From assembly GCA_030390025.1 (NCBI GenBank), contig CM059425.1, positions 173,106,001 to 173,170,000 of the forward strand: a stretch of DNA of 64,000 nt, written 5' to 3'. Shown here in pieces: positions 1-13,966 of this stretch; the first letter of the stretch is position 1, and each line of letters starts with the position of its first letter. The DNA is from Squalus acanthias (Eukaryota). The position numbers were made by a program, and so were the translations under genes. Below the pieces are notes generated by a model that was not told the origin of the DNA, ran no database searches, and saw nothing but the letters and a program-made list of their open reading frames with translations.

Positions 1-330
1 GAGAGATTGATAGAAGTAGCGAGATCCATGCGATATGGCAACTTTGAGGGGGGTGGTCGTGAATTTGGGTAGGAGTTTATTAGGAAGGAGAGGTTTAGGA
101 ATGGCATGAGGTCAGTGAATCTAGAGGGCAAGAGGAGCTGAGGTGAAGATTTAAATAACCAAGGATCATAAGTTGATCAGTGCAGAGGCTGAGAGAGGAA
201 AGAAGGGAGGATAATGAGGTGATTAGTTCGGGGTGGCACTTGGGAGGGCGTTAGATAATGAGGGTTTTGAAGGAGAGGCAAGAGGGCTGGAACAAGGTGA
301 GGAGCTTGAAGAAAGAGAAAGTACCAGAGG
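1..330 (-). mobile_element. Degenerate L2-type LINE fragment
   Basis: Purine-rich plus strand with C-rich coding remnants on the minus strand, resembling the other L2 copies here. Confidence 0.45.
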
Positions 331-339
331 AGTAGGGGG

Positions 340-3300
340 AAGAGACCCAGATGTGATTTGGTCATATGGAACCTCCTCCACCTGTTAGTTGCCTGATTGT
401 CCACCACTGTTCTTGACTAGATGTGGTAGGGCTCCAGAGCTTTGTTCTAATCCATTGGTTGTGGAAATGTTTAGCTTCTTTTATAGCCTGTTCCTTTTAG
501 TGTTTAGCTTGTAGGTAGCACTGTGATGCTTCATTCTAAGGTATGTCTGGTGCTGCATCGGGCATGTACTTTCTCACTCACCATTGAACCAAAATTGGTC
601 TCCCGGCTTGATGATGATGGAGGACCGAAGGATGTGTTTGGCCATGAGATTACAAATTGTAACGATATATAATTCTGCTGCTGATGGCCACAATGTCTTG
701 TGGATACTCATTTTTGAGCTGCTAGATGTATTCTTAGTCTGTCCCATTTGGCAGGCTGGTACGGCCACACTACATAATGGAGGGTGTCTCAATGTGAAGG
801 TGAGACTTTGGCCAGATTTTGCCGGCACCCCATGGACGGGATGGGTGGCGGGTCAGCTGTTAAATTGAAAATGATTGACAGAGAGTCAGGAACGCACTGT
901 CAAAACGCGCACACTGGACTTTCCTGATGGTAGGTCTGCCAGCGCTGAGCAGACCCGACACGCAGCGGCGGGGGGACCCAATTCAAATCATTAGTGGCTT
1001 GTTTACAGCCACTTAACAATGCTTTTTTCCCAGCTTTTTGAATTTGACAGATCACCCACCGTTTTCCGCTGTGCCTCCACCTCGTCTGTGAAGCTGAGGC
1101 GGGAGGTCACTTGCCATTGATTCAGCTGATGTGTTGACAGCTTCAAATGTCAACTCCAAGCTCCCAGCTGATTGAGAAATGTTCCCTTAGCCACTAGCTT
1201 CTCTAAACTGCATTTCCACTACAGATTCAGAATGCTGCAAGTCTTTACACAAGTCTCCATCCAGTCTGACCTCATTACCTCTCCCACCACTGACAGATGA
1301 CTTCTGTCATCTCTACTTCACCTGCCATCAATTCCATCAGCATCAGTGCACTTTATACTCTCTCATCTTGGTCCTCGGAATCTCACCATGATCAGCCCGA
1401 ACACCAGCATCACCAGGCACACCAGCAGCACCAGGCACACCAGCAGCACCAACAACAGTACCAACCTTCTCCGCAATCAACTGGTGCTGCACAAGACAGA
1501 GGGTATCAGCACCTGAGCTTATTGCTGCCCGGGAGGCCAGGGATGGCCTCACCATGGCCAGATTTACTTCACTTGACACTGTACATCCTGGCTGCCACAT
1601 GATGCACCAAGTTGGCACCACCCCACACCAACACCATAAAGCATCCCTACAATGCCCAAGCCATTCCTTTCACACACATCAGCATTGCAGGGGGTACCGT
1701 TATGTCTCACCATTCACTGCAATTCACTAAGCCACTTCCAAAGGTGCACACAAATCTGTCAAGAACGCAAAGCTTTGAAAATAAAGATTTCAATGTTTGA
1801 CAGCACATTAACAGAAACTTCACATGAACATTGGCTAAAACACACAAGTGCCTACCCTTGTGTGTTGTTAGTTGGTATGATTGGACTAGGATGAGGGTGA
1901 GTGTGAGGGGTGGCTAGTGAGATGGGGATGTGATAATGTAGATAGAGAGGGATGGGTGGAGGTGCAAGGTAAGTTGGTGTAAGGATGTGCAGGAGTAGGG
2001 TAGGGAAGGCAGAGTGATCCGGGTATGATGAGTGGCACAATAGGATGAGGTTGAGTGTGGCTTTGCAGTAACGTTTTGTGATCTACTGAGATCATTGAAA
2101 GGCTTGCACCACTGCAGCCTGGTCCTCCTGACGACATCCCTGCTTGTGCCCTCCTATGCAATGTGCAACCAGGATGCGTTGGTCTCCTGGAGAGGTCTCT
2201 TCCGCTCAATGGAAGGGAAGAGAACCTCCCTGCGTGCTGTGAATCCCTCCATAAGCATATGGAGGGAGTCATGGGAGAGCCTGGGTGCAGCCGTGCACCT
2301 CTGTGCAGTGCTTGTCAGTGTTTGCAGCACCTCAATGCTGTAGAACACTGACAGCACAAATGCCGAAATAAATTTGCGCATGGTCCCTTTAAGGAAACCG
2401 GCTGATGATGTATCATCAAATGGCGTCATCAGACCCACTTCCTTCAATTAGCTGGGAAACTCTTTGGTGGGCTTAACAAGCCCAATCAGGGGAAAGTCAT
2501 GTCGGAGGCCGGGATGGAGCCAGCAGGAAGGCCGCGACTCACCACCGACGTCGCCCGCCACGGACCCGCCGAGGTAGGGAAAATCGCAGCCTTTGTCTTC
2601 ACAAGGGCTATGTGATGTCAGTTCTACTAATGCTATTGTGGAAGGAAACATCTGCAACAGGTAGGCTCAGTGAGGAAACGGTCAAGCAGTGTACTTCATC
2701 ATGTTGGCTCCCTTCCCACTTTGCACAGGTCCAGTCTGGCAGTCATGTCCTTCAGAACTTAGCCAGCTTAGTCTACTACCAAGTCACTCATTGAAATACC
2801 CTCCCTGACTACATTCTGTGCCCTTGCTTCCCTCAATACTTCCTCCAAGTGGTGTTCAACATGGAGAATTCGTCAGTTGGTGGGTGGGTGTGGTAGTAGG
2901 TGGAAGTCAGCAGGAAGTTTTCGTCGGGCTAATAAAACTGAAACCATGAGACAGAGTCAATGCTGAGGACTCCCAGGGCCAAGTTCACCAAACTATGTAC
3001 CACTGTGCCCCACTTCTAATGAGTCTATCCTGCCAGTGGGATGGGGATAGATATGACTATGTCAGGTTGTTGTCTGACTAATCTGTGAGGTAGGTCTTCC
3101 AACTTGAAGAGAATTAGTGCCCAGACGTTAGCAAGGAGGTCTTTAAACGGTCGACTGGTCTGATTCGATATTTCTCTAAAGATTCTGTTCTGGAGCGATT
3201 GCTTTACAACCAAGTGGCTTACTAAGTGGAATTTTATGACAATCTGTCAGCTTTGATGGTCATTTTTCCTGGTGTTAGCCCATAAATGACCACATTTATT

Positions 3301-3400
3301 GAATTCAATTTCACATGTTATTTCAATGCACAATCTCTGGTTTACGAAGGATTGATGGACACATGTTCATCAGTACATAAGTAACCAACCACCTCACACC
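340..3400 (-). mobile_element. Degenerate tRNA-headed APE-RT LINE (5' part), interrupted by the Harbinger element at 810-2591
   Basis: Reverse-complement similarity to 34511-35760, including the body motifs gaattcaataaat and tagtaagccact. A degraded head lies at about 3340-3400. Confidence 0.65.
810..2591. mobile_element. Non-autonomous PIF/Harbinger element: Q/H-rich transposase N-terminal remnant (+) and Myb/SANT exon remnant (-)
   Basis: Ends ggccagatttt / aaaatcgcagcc with a 3-bp TSD ttt. Minus strand 2070-2320 reads AAPRLSHDSLHMLMEG..RREVLFP..W..IA..CKPFNDL. Confidence 0.8.
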
Positions 3401-4387
3401 CCACGTTCCTCCCCCATTAGACTATTAGGAACCTGACGACCAATAACATGTTTTAGGTTTTAGTTCATTTTATTGGACTAAACTGGACTTTTGCAAATTC
3501 GGATTTATGGTTTAGATTCAGTGCTTATCCTTAACTGCCATCAGTCCACTTCTTTTCTGGGACTTTTAATTGTCCCTGAAAGATCAGGGTATATTACACA
3601 GAGACGTAAGTCATGAAATGGCAACTGATTTTCTGGTTCTGGTCTAACATAGCAAGGCAAGCATGTAATCAGTTTTATTGCGTTAAGTGAGTGGAAAGTT
3701 GTACTTCCTACGAATCAGACCTGACTAAAATCTTAATAACAGCTTGTCATTGACAGAGGTTACTCAAATATGGTGATGGAAACTGATGTCATCTTGATTA
3801 AGTCTATCAGTATTTAATTTGAATTTGGATTTTCAGAGGGCGCTCAAATTGCTGCTTCACTGTTTTGCTGATTGGAATCTAAAAATAAAGTGACAACTAG
3901 GAGGAAAAAAAGCTCATTTTCAAAAAAGATGCAGATCCTCAAGGCCATTTGTGGCACATGTATATCATTAGCAATTATTAATATTTGCAAGATACATGGA
4001 CGTTCACATAGAGCTTGCTAAAATTACAAGTGTGGATTGCCAATTCCACCTTAAGGCATCAAATCATGGCATCGTAAAAAGATTAAACAATTTGTAAGTT
4101 TAAAACTTGCAAGATCAATAGTGAGAACTTTCCCTCCCCCTCTCTGCAGATCAACATCATAATCAAGGAAACACATTCTTTTTGTCAGAGTTCAAATATA
4201 GCAGTTTACTATACAAAATTCAAAAAGGAGAAACTTTGTAGCCTACAGGTTAGAATAAGAGTATAGCGATTGGAGATATAATAAAATCACCAACAAGGTC
4301 ACTACAATTTGCTGCAAAATTTATGCACAGCATTAGGTTATAGGTGATTATTTTATTTTTATTCCTTTGAAGTGCATAAACAGTTAT

Positions 4388-5950
4388 TGGCCTAGAGATT
4401 CATTGGCACTGCGCCTGTTTTCCAGGCTCAAAAGGGGCACCTAAACATCCAATATGGCAGCAGGCGGCACGTGCTCACTCCGAGCCGCAATTGCCCTGCC
4501 CGCCGAATTGGATGGAGTTGCTCCGTCGGAGTCCAAGGCGTGCATGGGAAGTATGTAAAATAATCAAAATATTTCAATAAGGGTCCTATGCTTGTTGTAG
4601 GACCCTTTTGTGATATTTGTCTGTCCAAGCGCTTGACCTGCCATTTGATAAACTCGCTTAGCAACTGGTGGTGCTAACAGGCAGGAAGTACCCTTCAGCA
4701 GCGCTATTTAAAGAGAGGTTAGTTGCTGGTTTGTCCCTTTAGGCTGCCGGTTAACTTCTAGGTGCTTCAACTGGTTAACTTTCTGCCTGTTTTCTGACTT
4801 ATAAAACTTAATTCTGACTTCTGAGAAGAGGTTTTTTGCTGATGCTGGACTGTTTTTGTTTTCCTTCAAAACAGTTTTACTGCAGTCATAAATGGTCTGG
4901 TACAGCTCCTAGAGCCCAGATGGCAGCCATCTGAGCTTCAATGGCAGCAGTTTGAGCTATCAGGGAAGCTGTGAGAGCTGTCAGCAGAGGCTCCATAATG
5001 GTGGGCACCACTGTCGTGTTCACAGAGATGATCACTCGGTCCATGTTTGATAGAATGATGCCAATGCTCTACGCGAAGCCCCGACACAGGTCGGAACTGG
5101 ACTCTTCCATGTTCTGAGCTATTGTGTGCAAGCTCGGTGACAGGCTGCCTAGTGCACCTAGAATTTTGTGGTGTATGCCAATCAGCTTTCTTCGATAGCC
5201 TGGGCCCCTGAAGTCAGCACCTGGGTCCTCTACAGCAGAGCTAGTATGTGATCTCAACCTCTGGCGAGATTGTACCTGTGGTCTCCTATCCCTCTGCCTT
5301 AGCTCTTGCACACTTGTACCCAGTGATTCACCATGTGAAGATCACCTCTTCTTGCCTACCCTCTAAAGTATGTGTGGTGCCAGTCTCTGAGCTGGTGCTT
5401 ACAAGGGTCAGATCGAGTGATGGTGCATCTTGAGGTAGGCTGGCTTCTCTTGCTGAAGTAGCAGAGGTGTCTGCATTTTGAACACCTGAAATTAAAGAAA
5501 GGAACAAGAGCTAGCTTTTACTGTGAAGGGACAGCAGAGAGAGATGAGTGGCTGGTGAAAGCAGCTGCAGTTTGTCATGCAGAGTGTGTAGGGAGAGATA
5601 GAAGTGAGAATAGAAAAAGAGGATACAGTGTGAAGAAACCCTGCGCAACGTCTCCTCAAGCATTGCCACTCACCATAATTATAATTCTCTCCCTGCCCAT
5701 GATGGCCAGCATGTTTTCTTGCATAGTGGAGAGGATGTGCAGGCAGGCCTAGCCTCCTCTGGTGGCGGCTTCCTGGATCAGGTTGTGCGTGACCTACTCG
5801 TGTGAGGTGTTTAGAGAATGTGCCTGTCAAGCTAGAACAGTTGGTATGCTGTGTGTAAGATGAGATGTGGGGAAAAGAGAGCTGCGATAGAATTTTGTCC
5901 TGTGTTTTGTCCCCAGTGGAACAGCAGTCCAACTATACACTACTGCTAAC
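4388..5950. mobile_element. Degenerate Harbinger derivative with Myb-gene exon-2 remnant (-)
   Basis: ggcctagagattc terminus. Minus strand 5690-5800 gives THNLIQEAATRGG..LHILSTMQENMLAIMG, like exon 2 of the other copies. Confidence 0.5.
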
Positions 5951-6270
5951 TGCACACAAGATGCCACAAATAAGTACATAAGATGTTACTGATACTTTTC
6001 TGACAACTTACCTGCTTATAACACAAATGACCATTGCAGTGCATAAAATCCACTCAGCAGAAATATGAATAGTTCTTTCCTCATGTAAGAAAATTACCAA
6101 ATTTCATACTAGTACAACAAATGGTAAAACTAGGACCATCTAAAATGGGGAACATAAAGCTTCGTAATTTTAAATGGCCTTTTCAAAGTAACTGTACAAA
6201 TGAAAAAAAATTACAATTAATCATCTGATAAGGTATGATGAAAAACACACCAACAAAAAATCTTACAAGT

Positions 6271-6715
6271 CTCAGCCTCAGTTGGTAGCACTCTTGTGTA
6301 TAAGTCAGAAGATGTGTATTCAAGCCGATTATGGGTTCAAATCCCATTCCAGGACATGAGCACGTAATCTAGGCTGATATATAAGTACTGTACTGAGGGA
6401 AGACTGCATTGTTGAAGTACTGTCTTTTGGATTAGATGCTAAACCAAGGCCCCAACTGTCTGGATCCCAATACACTATTTGAAGAAGAGCAAGGAGTTCT
6501 CCTAGTGTACTGGGAAACATTCCTCCTTTAACCAACTCCACCAAAGCAAATTAACCACAGTTGCAGTTTGTGCAACCTTGCTGTGTGCAAATTGGCTGCT
6601 GTGTTTGCCTACATAACAACAGTGATTTCACTCCAAAAGTAGTTCCCTGGCTGTGAAGTACTTTGGGACATCCTGAGGAAGTGACAAGTGCTATATAAAT
6701 GCACATTCTTTTTAT
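6271..6715 (+). mobile_element. tRNA-headed SINE with L2-type tail (DeuSINE/SacSINE1-like)
   Basis: A/B-box-like head (ctcagttggtagc, ggttcaaatccc), body caaattggctgc, tail gctatataaatgca. Homologous to 41050-41508. Confidence 0.75.
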
Positions 6716-6883
6716 CAGTAACGAAACTTTTATTTGGTGGTCTTGCCAAGTTGTATTTAAGGCATCTATAAAAGCAGCCAGGCAATGCAAGTCTGGTTAT
6801 AATTTTTTTCATTGGAGTGTCTTTAACAAAAATAGTTCCTGCATACATGATGTTCAATAAATTGGTTTTTGTCACGGCCTTAC

Positions 6884-6983
6884 CTTTTAAGTAAATATGA
6901 AGGCGATATTTACATTCCTTAAAAGCCCCTACAAGTCCAGCCAGGTGAAAGATAAACAATCTTAGAAATGTCAAAAATCCAAG
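6884..6983 (-). CDS. TMEM232: TMEM232 coding exon 5 (LGFLTFLRLFIFHLAGLVGAFKECKYRLHIYLK+G); gene continues leftwards
   Basis: ctttcaatag| acceptor and G|gtaagg donor; 100 nt. FLRLFIF hydrophobic segment as in TMEM232. Confidence 0.92.
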
Positions 6984-8199
6984 CTATTGAAAGAGGAAAG
7001 TAGATATAAATTTTTAAAATAAGATTATACACCACATGTTGGCTTTCTAACAATAATAAAAATCTTAAAGAGCTATGTCTTTCATTGTAATTTCTTTCAT
7101 TCAAATGTGTTGTTTTTTTAAATCACTAACTATTGCTCCTCTTTGTACAAGTTTCACTGAGACCCGCCATGTCAGATCTGCCAGCTAGAAAGACACGCTT
7201 GAATGACAATCTCTGGCTATCAGCCAGTTAGATTAATAAAGTATCAATTCAATACCAATATTGAACCTAAATCAAGTACCGGTTATGGTACGAATATGAC
7301 AATCATTTATGTCAGTGCTTTATTGTGCCTTAACAAACAACTAATAATAGCCCCCATGAAGCAACATGTGGACTCATCTGAGTAGGAATATTTGATCTCA
7401 AGAAAGAGATGTATTATACCATTGTATAAAAAAAAGTCACTGAGGTCCACTGGACCCAGGAACAGGACAGTTAATTGACCTCCTGTTGTTCATGACAAGC
7501 TAGTGCCTTCCAGTTCTCTGGAAGTAGGTTCATAGCCCATCTCTCCTGCCAAGGAACGATCAATTAATGAAAGTGGATAAATCAGAGCCAATTATGTTTT
7601 CCCTGTGTTTATCCGAGGCTAAAATTATTTGTGTATGGTCTCCCTTTCTGAATAATTGTGCACAAGATGGGGCAGGGTGCACTGGTTGACCTTTGGGTCT
7701 GTTCCTAGGCTGGACTTAATGGTGCTTGGGTCTAGAGGGATTTGAATATCTCCCTGCCCCCCCTCTTTTTCTTGTAGTGGGGTGTGGGGGTAAAGCATTG
7801 CCATGGCTGAAACTACCCCTTTCCCACGCTACATGATTAGTTGCCATTTTCCTGATTTTTATTCTCCTGAAGGAATTAAGTCAATTTGTCTACTTCAAAT
7901 GCTTGTTCTTTCTTGTTGGACTGATCTTTGAAGTCTTGAAAATCATGCTCAAGACCTTTCTGAGTGTGAATGCCATGTCTTGTTGACCCAACCACTACTA
8001 TCAATACGGGACCTGAATAAGACTTCTGTAGTTTTCTCCAGCTCAGTCTTTATCGAGGCTCTCACCACTATACTTTGTGTTTTAGTTCATATGATCTTTC
8101 ACCATTACTGTTGAATGGCTTTACTCTGCCTCAGAAACTTGTCTATTCAAACTTGTACCTAAGTTTGTTATTGTTGCAATATTGCTCTTATGCTGGAGT

Positions 8200-8520
8200 G
8201 TGATGTGACTTTTTTTATTCCCTCCAGTTCTACAACACTTTCACCACACCCAACTCTAAACTCCTCCAACTCTGACCTCTTGTACATCCCCTCTTTGCTT
8301 TGTCTCTCCATTGGCAGCCATGCCTTCAGCTACCTAGGTCTCACTCTCTGGAATTCCCTCTCGAAATCCAACCCCTCTTCTTCTTTAAAACCCTTCTTAA
8401 TACCCACCTCTTTGGCCAAGCTTTTGGTCACCCATCCCAATCTTTCCTGTAGCTTGGCGTACTTTTTTCTCACTTATGTCTCTGTAAAGAGCCTTGGGAC
8501 GTTTAACTATGTGTAACGTG
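8200..8520 (+). mobile_element. L2 LINE 3' fragment
   Basis: IGSHAFSYLG..LWNSL motif followed by an L2-type 3' UTR, as in 14700-15010. Confidence 0.7.
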
Positions 8521-8782
8521 TTTTGTTAATTTTTGTTTTTTATTTCTATTTTTGCTTGCTTATTTTTATCTTACATGTTGTACCTATTATTGAGGAATTG
8601 AAAAATTCCAAAAATAAAAAATGTAATATTTAAAGTCACTCAGAGGACTATTCACACTAAAAGTGGCTCCCTGTACCCTTTAAATGAGATTTATCTTTCC
8701 TCGGTTACCAATTGATCAAAAACTTTGTCCAAGTAAATTGTTTTTTACATATGAATTAAACTCTCATGTACTTTAACATATA

Positions 8783-9484
8783 GGCCAAGAGTTTCCGCTT
8801 TGGGCGCAATCGGCGATCCGGGCACAAGTTGCGCTCAAAATTGCGCTAGTTTTCAGAAGTGTTATTTTTGCTCAAGTTTCCGCTCAAACTCATTTGCATA
8901 TCACCAAACATAAAATCTTCCATGAACCAGCGCAATTGGGCAGCGTTATAGAATGTATTTTAAAAAAAATTTGCATTAAAAAGTATTCCTTGTTATATTT
9001 AACAGTGGTAACCTGGTACAGTTTTATTAATGCAACAGAAAATGGGTTTATAACAAAAAGTAAGCATTTTTAGTAAGAGTGTCTAGTCCACCACCCAATT
9101 TTAAATAACTGAAAATGACTTTAAAAAACTGTACAGAACCATTTTCTAGAACATTAGTGTACAAAAAAAAATAGTATTTAAAAGCTTTTAAAACATGCCT
9201 ATTGGTGTCCTTACAGCTAAAAAGCTTAATTTTAAGAGCCTCCTCGAAGGCCCGCAAACGAACGCAATGAGTGGAAACTCGCCATGGCGAGTAATTCGAT
9301 TGGGGCATGACTGGTTTTGTGGGCGGGGCCAGCTTCAAGCGCGATGTTTTTTAAACCAGCATAAAAGTCGATTTGTGCTGGACGTAATTTGTGCTGGAAA
9401 TTCCTTGACCTTTTTGTGCTGGTTTGGCCGATTTCAAGCAAATTGCGCTGAAAAAAAAGCACAAGCTAGCGAAAACTCCAGGCC
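8783..9484. mobile_element. Harbinger-type MITE
   Basis: TIRs ggccaagagtttccgct / agcgaaaactccaggcc with 3-bp TSD ata. GC-rich ends and an AT-rich centre. Confidence 0.8.
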
Positions 9485-10984
9485 ATAGTGATTTAGAAAA
9501 CCTTACAATTCTACATATATATATTCTATATATATATAGATTCTACAGCTACATATACAAACCTACATATATGTTATTACTCAGTTTATAGCTAATCATC
9601 ACATTAAAAACAATGATGCAACCATAATTATAAGTGCTACCAAAATAAGATGGTTCATCAAATTATCCTTCTCTTTTATGAAGGGGCAATTAAAGATTAA
9701 CTGAAGCCCAGTGCCAAAATTACTTTTTTCAACACACTCCCCCATTTTTTTCCCATTGAATCTGCTCCATTAAAATGCTTCTTAGTATGATATTCAGATA
9801 AATTCAGATCTACACAGTCCAAAATTTAACCTGCTGGTGCCTGAAACCAAAGGCAGTGTGTCAGCCAAGGGAAAGAATTTAATTTCCCAGCTTCCAAGTG
9901 AAAGTTTCAACATGGTCAAAAAATTGATAACATTAGTTTTGTTGATTATCATCGACTACCTGTAAATTGCTTATGTGATTGCTGGATATCCTTCCGCAAA
10001 CAACTTTGGAAAAGCTGATTTTTTTGTTAAAGGTGTTCTGAGTAGAAAGTGATTGAGTTATTTTTAACTCAACTTATCTTTCCCCTGCCTATGAGATTTT
10101 GGCCCTCATTTTTTTCTTCTTGAACCATTTATCTCTGTCATTGTACATATCCTGATGAAAGATTAGTTGTAATCATGGCTTGACAAGTTCAACAGGTGCA
10201 ACATTTGGAACCTGCTTTTTCATGGGTTCAAGTTGTATTAAAAAAACCTGTGTTAAGTCTGATGTAAAATCTGGAAGTACACCCTGGCTGATAGCTCCAA
10301 AAAAAGAAAGAGTAACAGAATGACCAAAACAAGAGAAATAACAAGGCAAACAATGGAACATAAATAACTGAGATCAAGGGAAAGACAAAATTAAAAACTA
10401 ATATTCATCTTCATCTGCTTTATAATGGGTTATTCAGAATATAACCTGCTTGAAACTCCACCAGAGTAGGAATAATGTTTCTTTAGTTTTGACCGACAAC
10501 AACTATGCCCATTTGGTAAAATGTCCCTTCCTTTCCTCTGTAACCTCTGTAAAAGGGTAGATGACTTATTGCTAGGTCTCTGCTCATATTACTCTCTAAA
10601 CAACCAGTTATTACAAGTGGCATGAAATTCCCTCTCCCCTTGAAATAAGTATTGGCCCTTTGTTCAGCACCTCTCCGTACTGTTCTAGCTGAGCAATCAC
10701 TTTCTGGGAGATTGTAATGATCATCCTTTTGATAGACTAATGAAAATACCTGTTCAAAGTCAAAAAATGTTCACATTATTTTTGTATCATGGGATAAGTT
10801 TGAATATAGTGAATTGTATGTTCAGCATTGGAAATACTGAGACAGACATTTCAGCCTTGGATGTTGCTCAAATTGTGCATTTATGAGTTGCAGTACCTAT
10901 TTCAGCAACAGGGGGCATTGTCTGTTTTGGCTTAGAGAGAGCTCGTTCACGGAGAGCCTCTAATGGCAGAAGTATGATGGAGTC

Positions 10985-11125
10985 AATTTTTGCTTTCACT
11001 GCCTGGGCAGTAATCTGGCGAAGCAGATGGCCTGCATGCTATAGAATCAATGAAATCAGTGGAATTAAAAACCGGGCAGGTTCTATAACTTCGTCAGATT
11101 GCTACCCAAGTCAAAAATATTACCA
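10985..11125. mobile_element. Short palindromic MITE; related copies at about 24935-25100 and 42170-42305
   Basis: Shared ttcactgcctgg.c.gtaatctgg and gggcaggttctata motifs with 24935-25100; internal inverted repeats. Confidence 0.5.
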
Positions 11126-11450
11126 CAGTTCAGTACCAGACAGACTCTCTTAAAATGTTATAAGGTCTTGGACCATACATACTTTCCAGTCCCATTGCAC
11201 ACTCTCCATAACTTTATAACCTATTCTGCTGTATGGATTAGGAACCTGGAGGCACTTGAATGTGGGTATAAGTGAGTCAGACTTCTGCTGGACAATTCAA
11301 CGGAACACTGATGCACTCATCCCAAAAAATATAACTCCAAGGCTTTTGTGTTAAGAATCTAATTTTCAACCACAGAAATGTCTTGTCTTCTTGTTATGCT
11401 ACTCTGCCTATAAAGGCTATCTGAGTCATTAATTTAATTTGACCATGTAC

Positions 11451-11608
11451 CTTTATTATCTTGACTTCGCAAGTATAGAGAAATGACTGCTTTACTGCAT
11501 CAGTACAGATCCAGTACAAGACTGACTCTGCAAGGAAGAACAAAACAGGAATCTGGTCTGGGAGCAATGGTGCATGATCCAAAGAAATCAAGAGAATGTC
11601 CAGAGCCT
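11451..11608 (-). CDS. TMEM232: TMEM232 coding exon 4 ((E)ALDILLISLDHAPLLPDQIPVLFFLAESVLYWICTDAVKQSFLYTCEVKIIK)
   Basis: ttttgcaag| acceptor and AAG|gtacat donor; 158 nt, phase 1 to 0. Contains the SLDHA..LFF.AESVLY motif of TMEM232. Confidence 0.93.
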
Positions 11609-11771
11609 CTTGCAAAATGAAAAATAAAAAAATGAATCAGTACAGAATCATATAGTGTGACCCACAGTCAAACAAGCTAATTAAATTTTATTGCCAATTA
11701 CTTTTTCGTTAAACCTAATTAACTTTTCCACAAATTATACTTTCTTATATTATATTGGAACAAAGTCAAAA

Positions 11772-12232
11772 GGCCCAAAATTCCAATTGGGCCCTGGGGT
11801 CCAACTGGGGACTAGAAAATGTGGCAGAAGCAGAGGTGTCTAGATTTTTTTTTCCATCCATTTTCTGATGGGAGGCCAGTGGATGGATCTTCCGCCTGCC
11901 TGTTCCTCCAAGTCAAGGGGGCGCATCAGGGAAAGTACCCAGGTTGCCTTATGTTGCCAGATTTTTGGCAACCATTAAAGCTGAAGACCTTTAATGCAGC
12001 TTTTTCTTCAGCTGGAAAGACCCTAGGTGGCAACCTACCAGTGCCACGGTACAGCTCCACCTCCTGACAGGTGGATCATATCAGACATCCTTACAAGGCC
12101 ACCCGGCCAGAAATTGCTAATGATCTCATCCCGCCATTTGTCTTTGGATCCACATGTATCCATCTGGACAGCCATGTGTTGCACTCCGCCTTACTTGCAA
12201 CAGTGGAGAAGGCCCATTGGAATTTCAGTCCC
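11772..12232. mobile_element. Degenerate Harbinger-type MITE
   Basis: ggcccaaaattccaat / attggaatttcagtcc termini. Confidence 0.5.
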
Positions 12233-13051
12233 CAAGTATTTATTCCAGCACATTACCATTATAAATATTTTGAAAGGAAAATATTTTGATGGAATTAACA
12301 CATACATAACTGCTGTTTTTAGTAAATAGCACAAAATAGGGAAAAATCACTCTTTGATCTAACCACTTTTTACATATTATGCCACTATGATTTTATTTTT
12401 CTATAAATATATTATATATGGCCCGGAATTTGTGGTCAGGATGACGTTGAACTGGTAACGTTCGCCGACGTTCCTCCTTTGAAACTGACCGCAACTTCAG
12501 GAATTGGCGCAGGCGCTTGCGGAAATCCCGAAGTTGCAGTCAGTCGTTGGCAGCTCTGAAACAGGCTGCGCTGCACCCCACCCCACCTCACCCCCCCACC
12601 CCCCGCCCCCCGCCCCACCACAGAGCCGGCAATCTGTGTAATCAGCCAAATCAGGGAAACTGACGAAAACTTCAGCTCTTCCGCAGTAATTACGCTGTTA
12701 AATTCCCCAAGAACAGTTAGACCCAAAGGGATTGGGGGTAACTGAGGTTTTATGTGTATTGACTGCTAAACAAATGTTAAGGGCCCGAAAAACTAATTTT
12801 AATGTTGTGCAGCGTGAAATTTATCCATTTTAATAAAAATTTAAAATTTTAAGAAAATTTTCAAAAACAAAATTTTGAATTTTAAAAAAAAGATTGTTCA
12901 TCTTTATTTCAGGTTTGCCTTTTCTCCATGTGAGAGCCCCAATCTTTCTGTTGCTCTCTCTAACTATTTTAAAAAGTTAGAATTTTAAGAGATTACTCAC
13001 TTCCTTGTTCGCTATCTGTGAGAATTCTGCCTTTTGATTGGCTGCTTAGAC

Positions 13052-13934
13052 AGCCTTCTCGACCTATCTGCAGCCTTTGACATGGTTGACCACTCCATCC
13101 TCCTCCAACACCTCTCCACCATCATCCAGTTGGGTGGGACTGCACTCACCTGGTTCCATTCTTATCTATCTAATCGTAGCCAGAGAATCACCTGCAATGG
13201 CTTCTCTTCCCGCTCCCGCACTGTTACCTCTGGGGTCCCCCAAAGATCTATCCTTGGCCTCCTCCTCTTTCCCATCTACATGCTACCCCTTGGCGACATC
13301 ATCCGAAAACACAGCGTCAATTTCCAGATGTATGGTGACGACACCCAGCTCTACCTCACCACCGCTTCTCTCGACCCCTCCACAGTCTCTAAATTGTCAG
13401 ACTGCTTGTCCGACATCTAGTACTGGATGAGCAGAAATTTTCTCCAATTAAATATTGGGAAGACCGAAGCCATTGGGCTGGATTTTCATTGACCCGTGGA
13501 GGCGGGTTTGGAGGCGTGTGGGGGGTTAAAATTGTGAAAACTGGCGGGCGGGCACAAGTCCGCCTCCATCCCACCTCCACGCAATTTTCATTAAATCGTG
13601 TCTGCTGGTCCCGACTCCGTCCCGCCTTTAAGAGGCGGGATAGGCTGTTAAGGCCCTTAACAAGCACTAAATTGGCTCTATAATGCCATTTTGAAAGGCC
13701 TTTGTGATTTTAACCCTTGATCTACGTGAAGCACGCCTGTTTTGAAAGACGATTGTGAAACCTGGCGGGAGCACATTTGGATAGCTGACTATCAGCTGCA
13801 GGTCCACTATTACAACGGAGATGTGATGAAGGTAGTAGTAGTATTAGGTCTGAAAGTCGCCTCTGATGCTGCTGCATTGAAGGTCTTCAGAGGCTGCCTG
13901 GCCTTTGCTGTGAGAGGACCTAGATGCAAAAAAA

Positions 13935-13966
<32 letters not shown>

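Noticed and set aside
1..6883. Next TMEM232 exon; weak candidate on the minus strand at about 4255-4350 (TYNLMLCINFAANCSDLV)
   Set aside because: No convincing acceptor or donor, and similarity is too weak; the exon probably lies outside the window.
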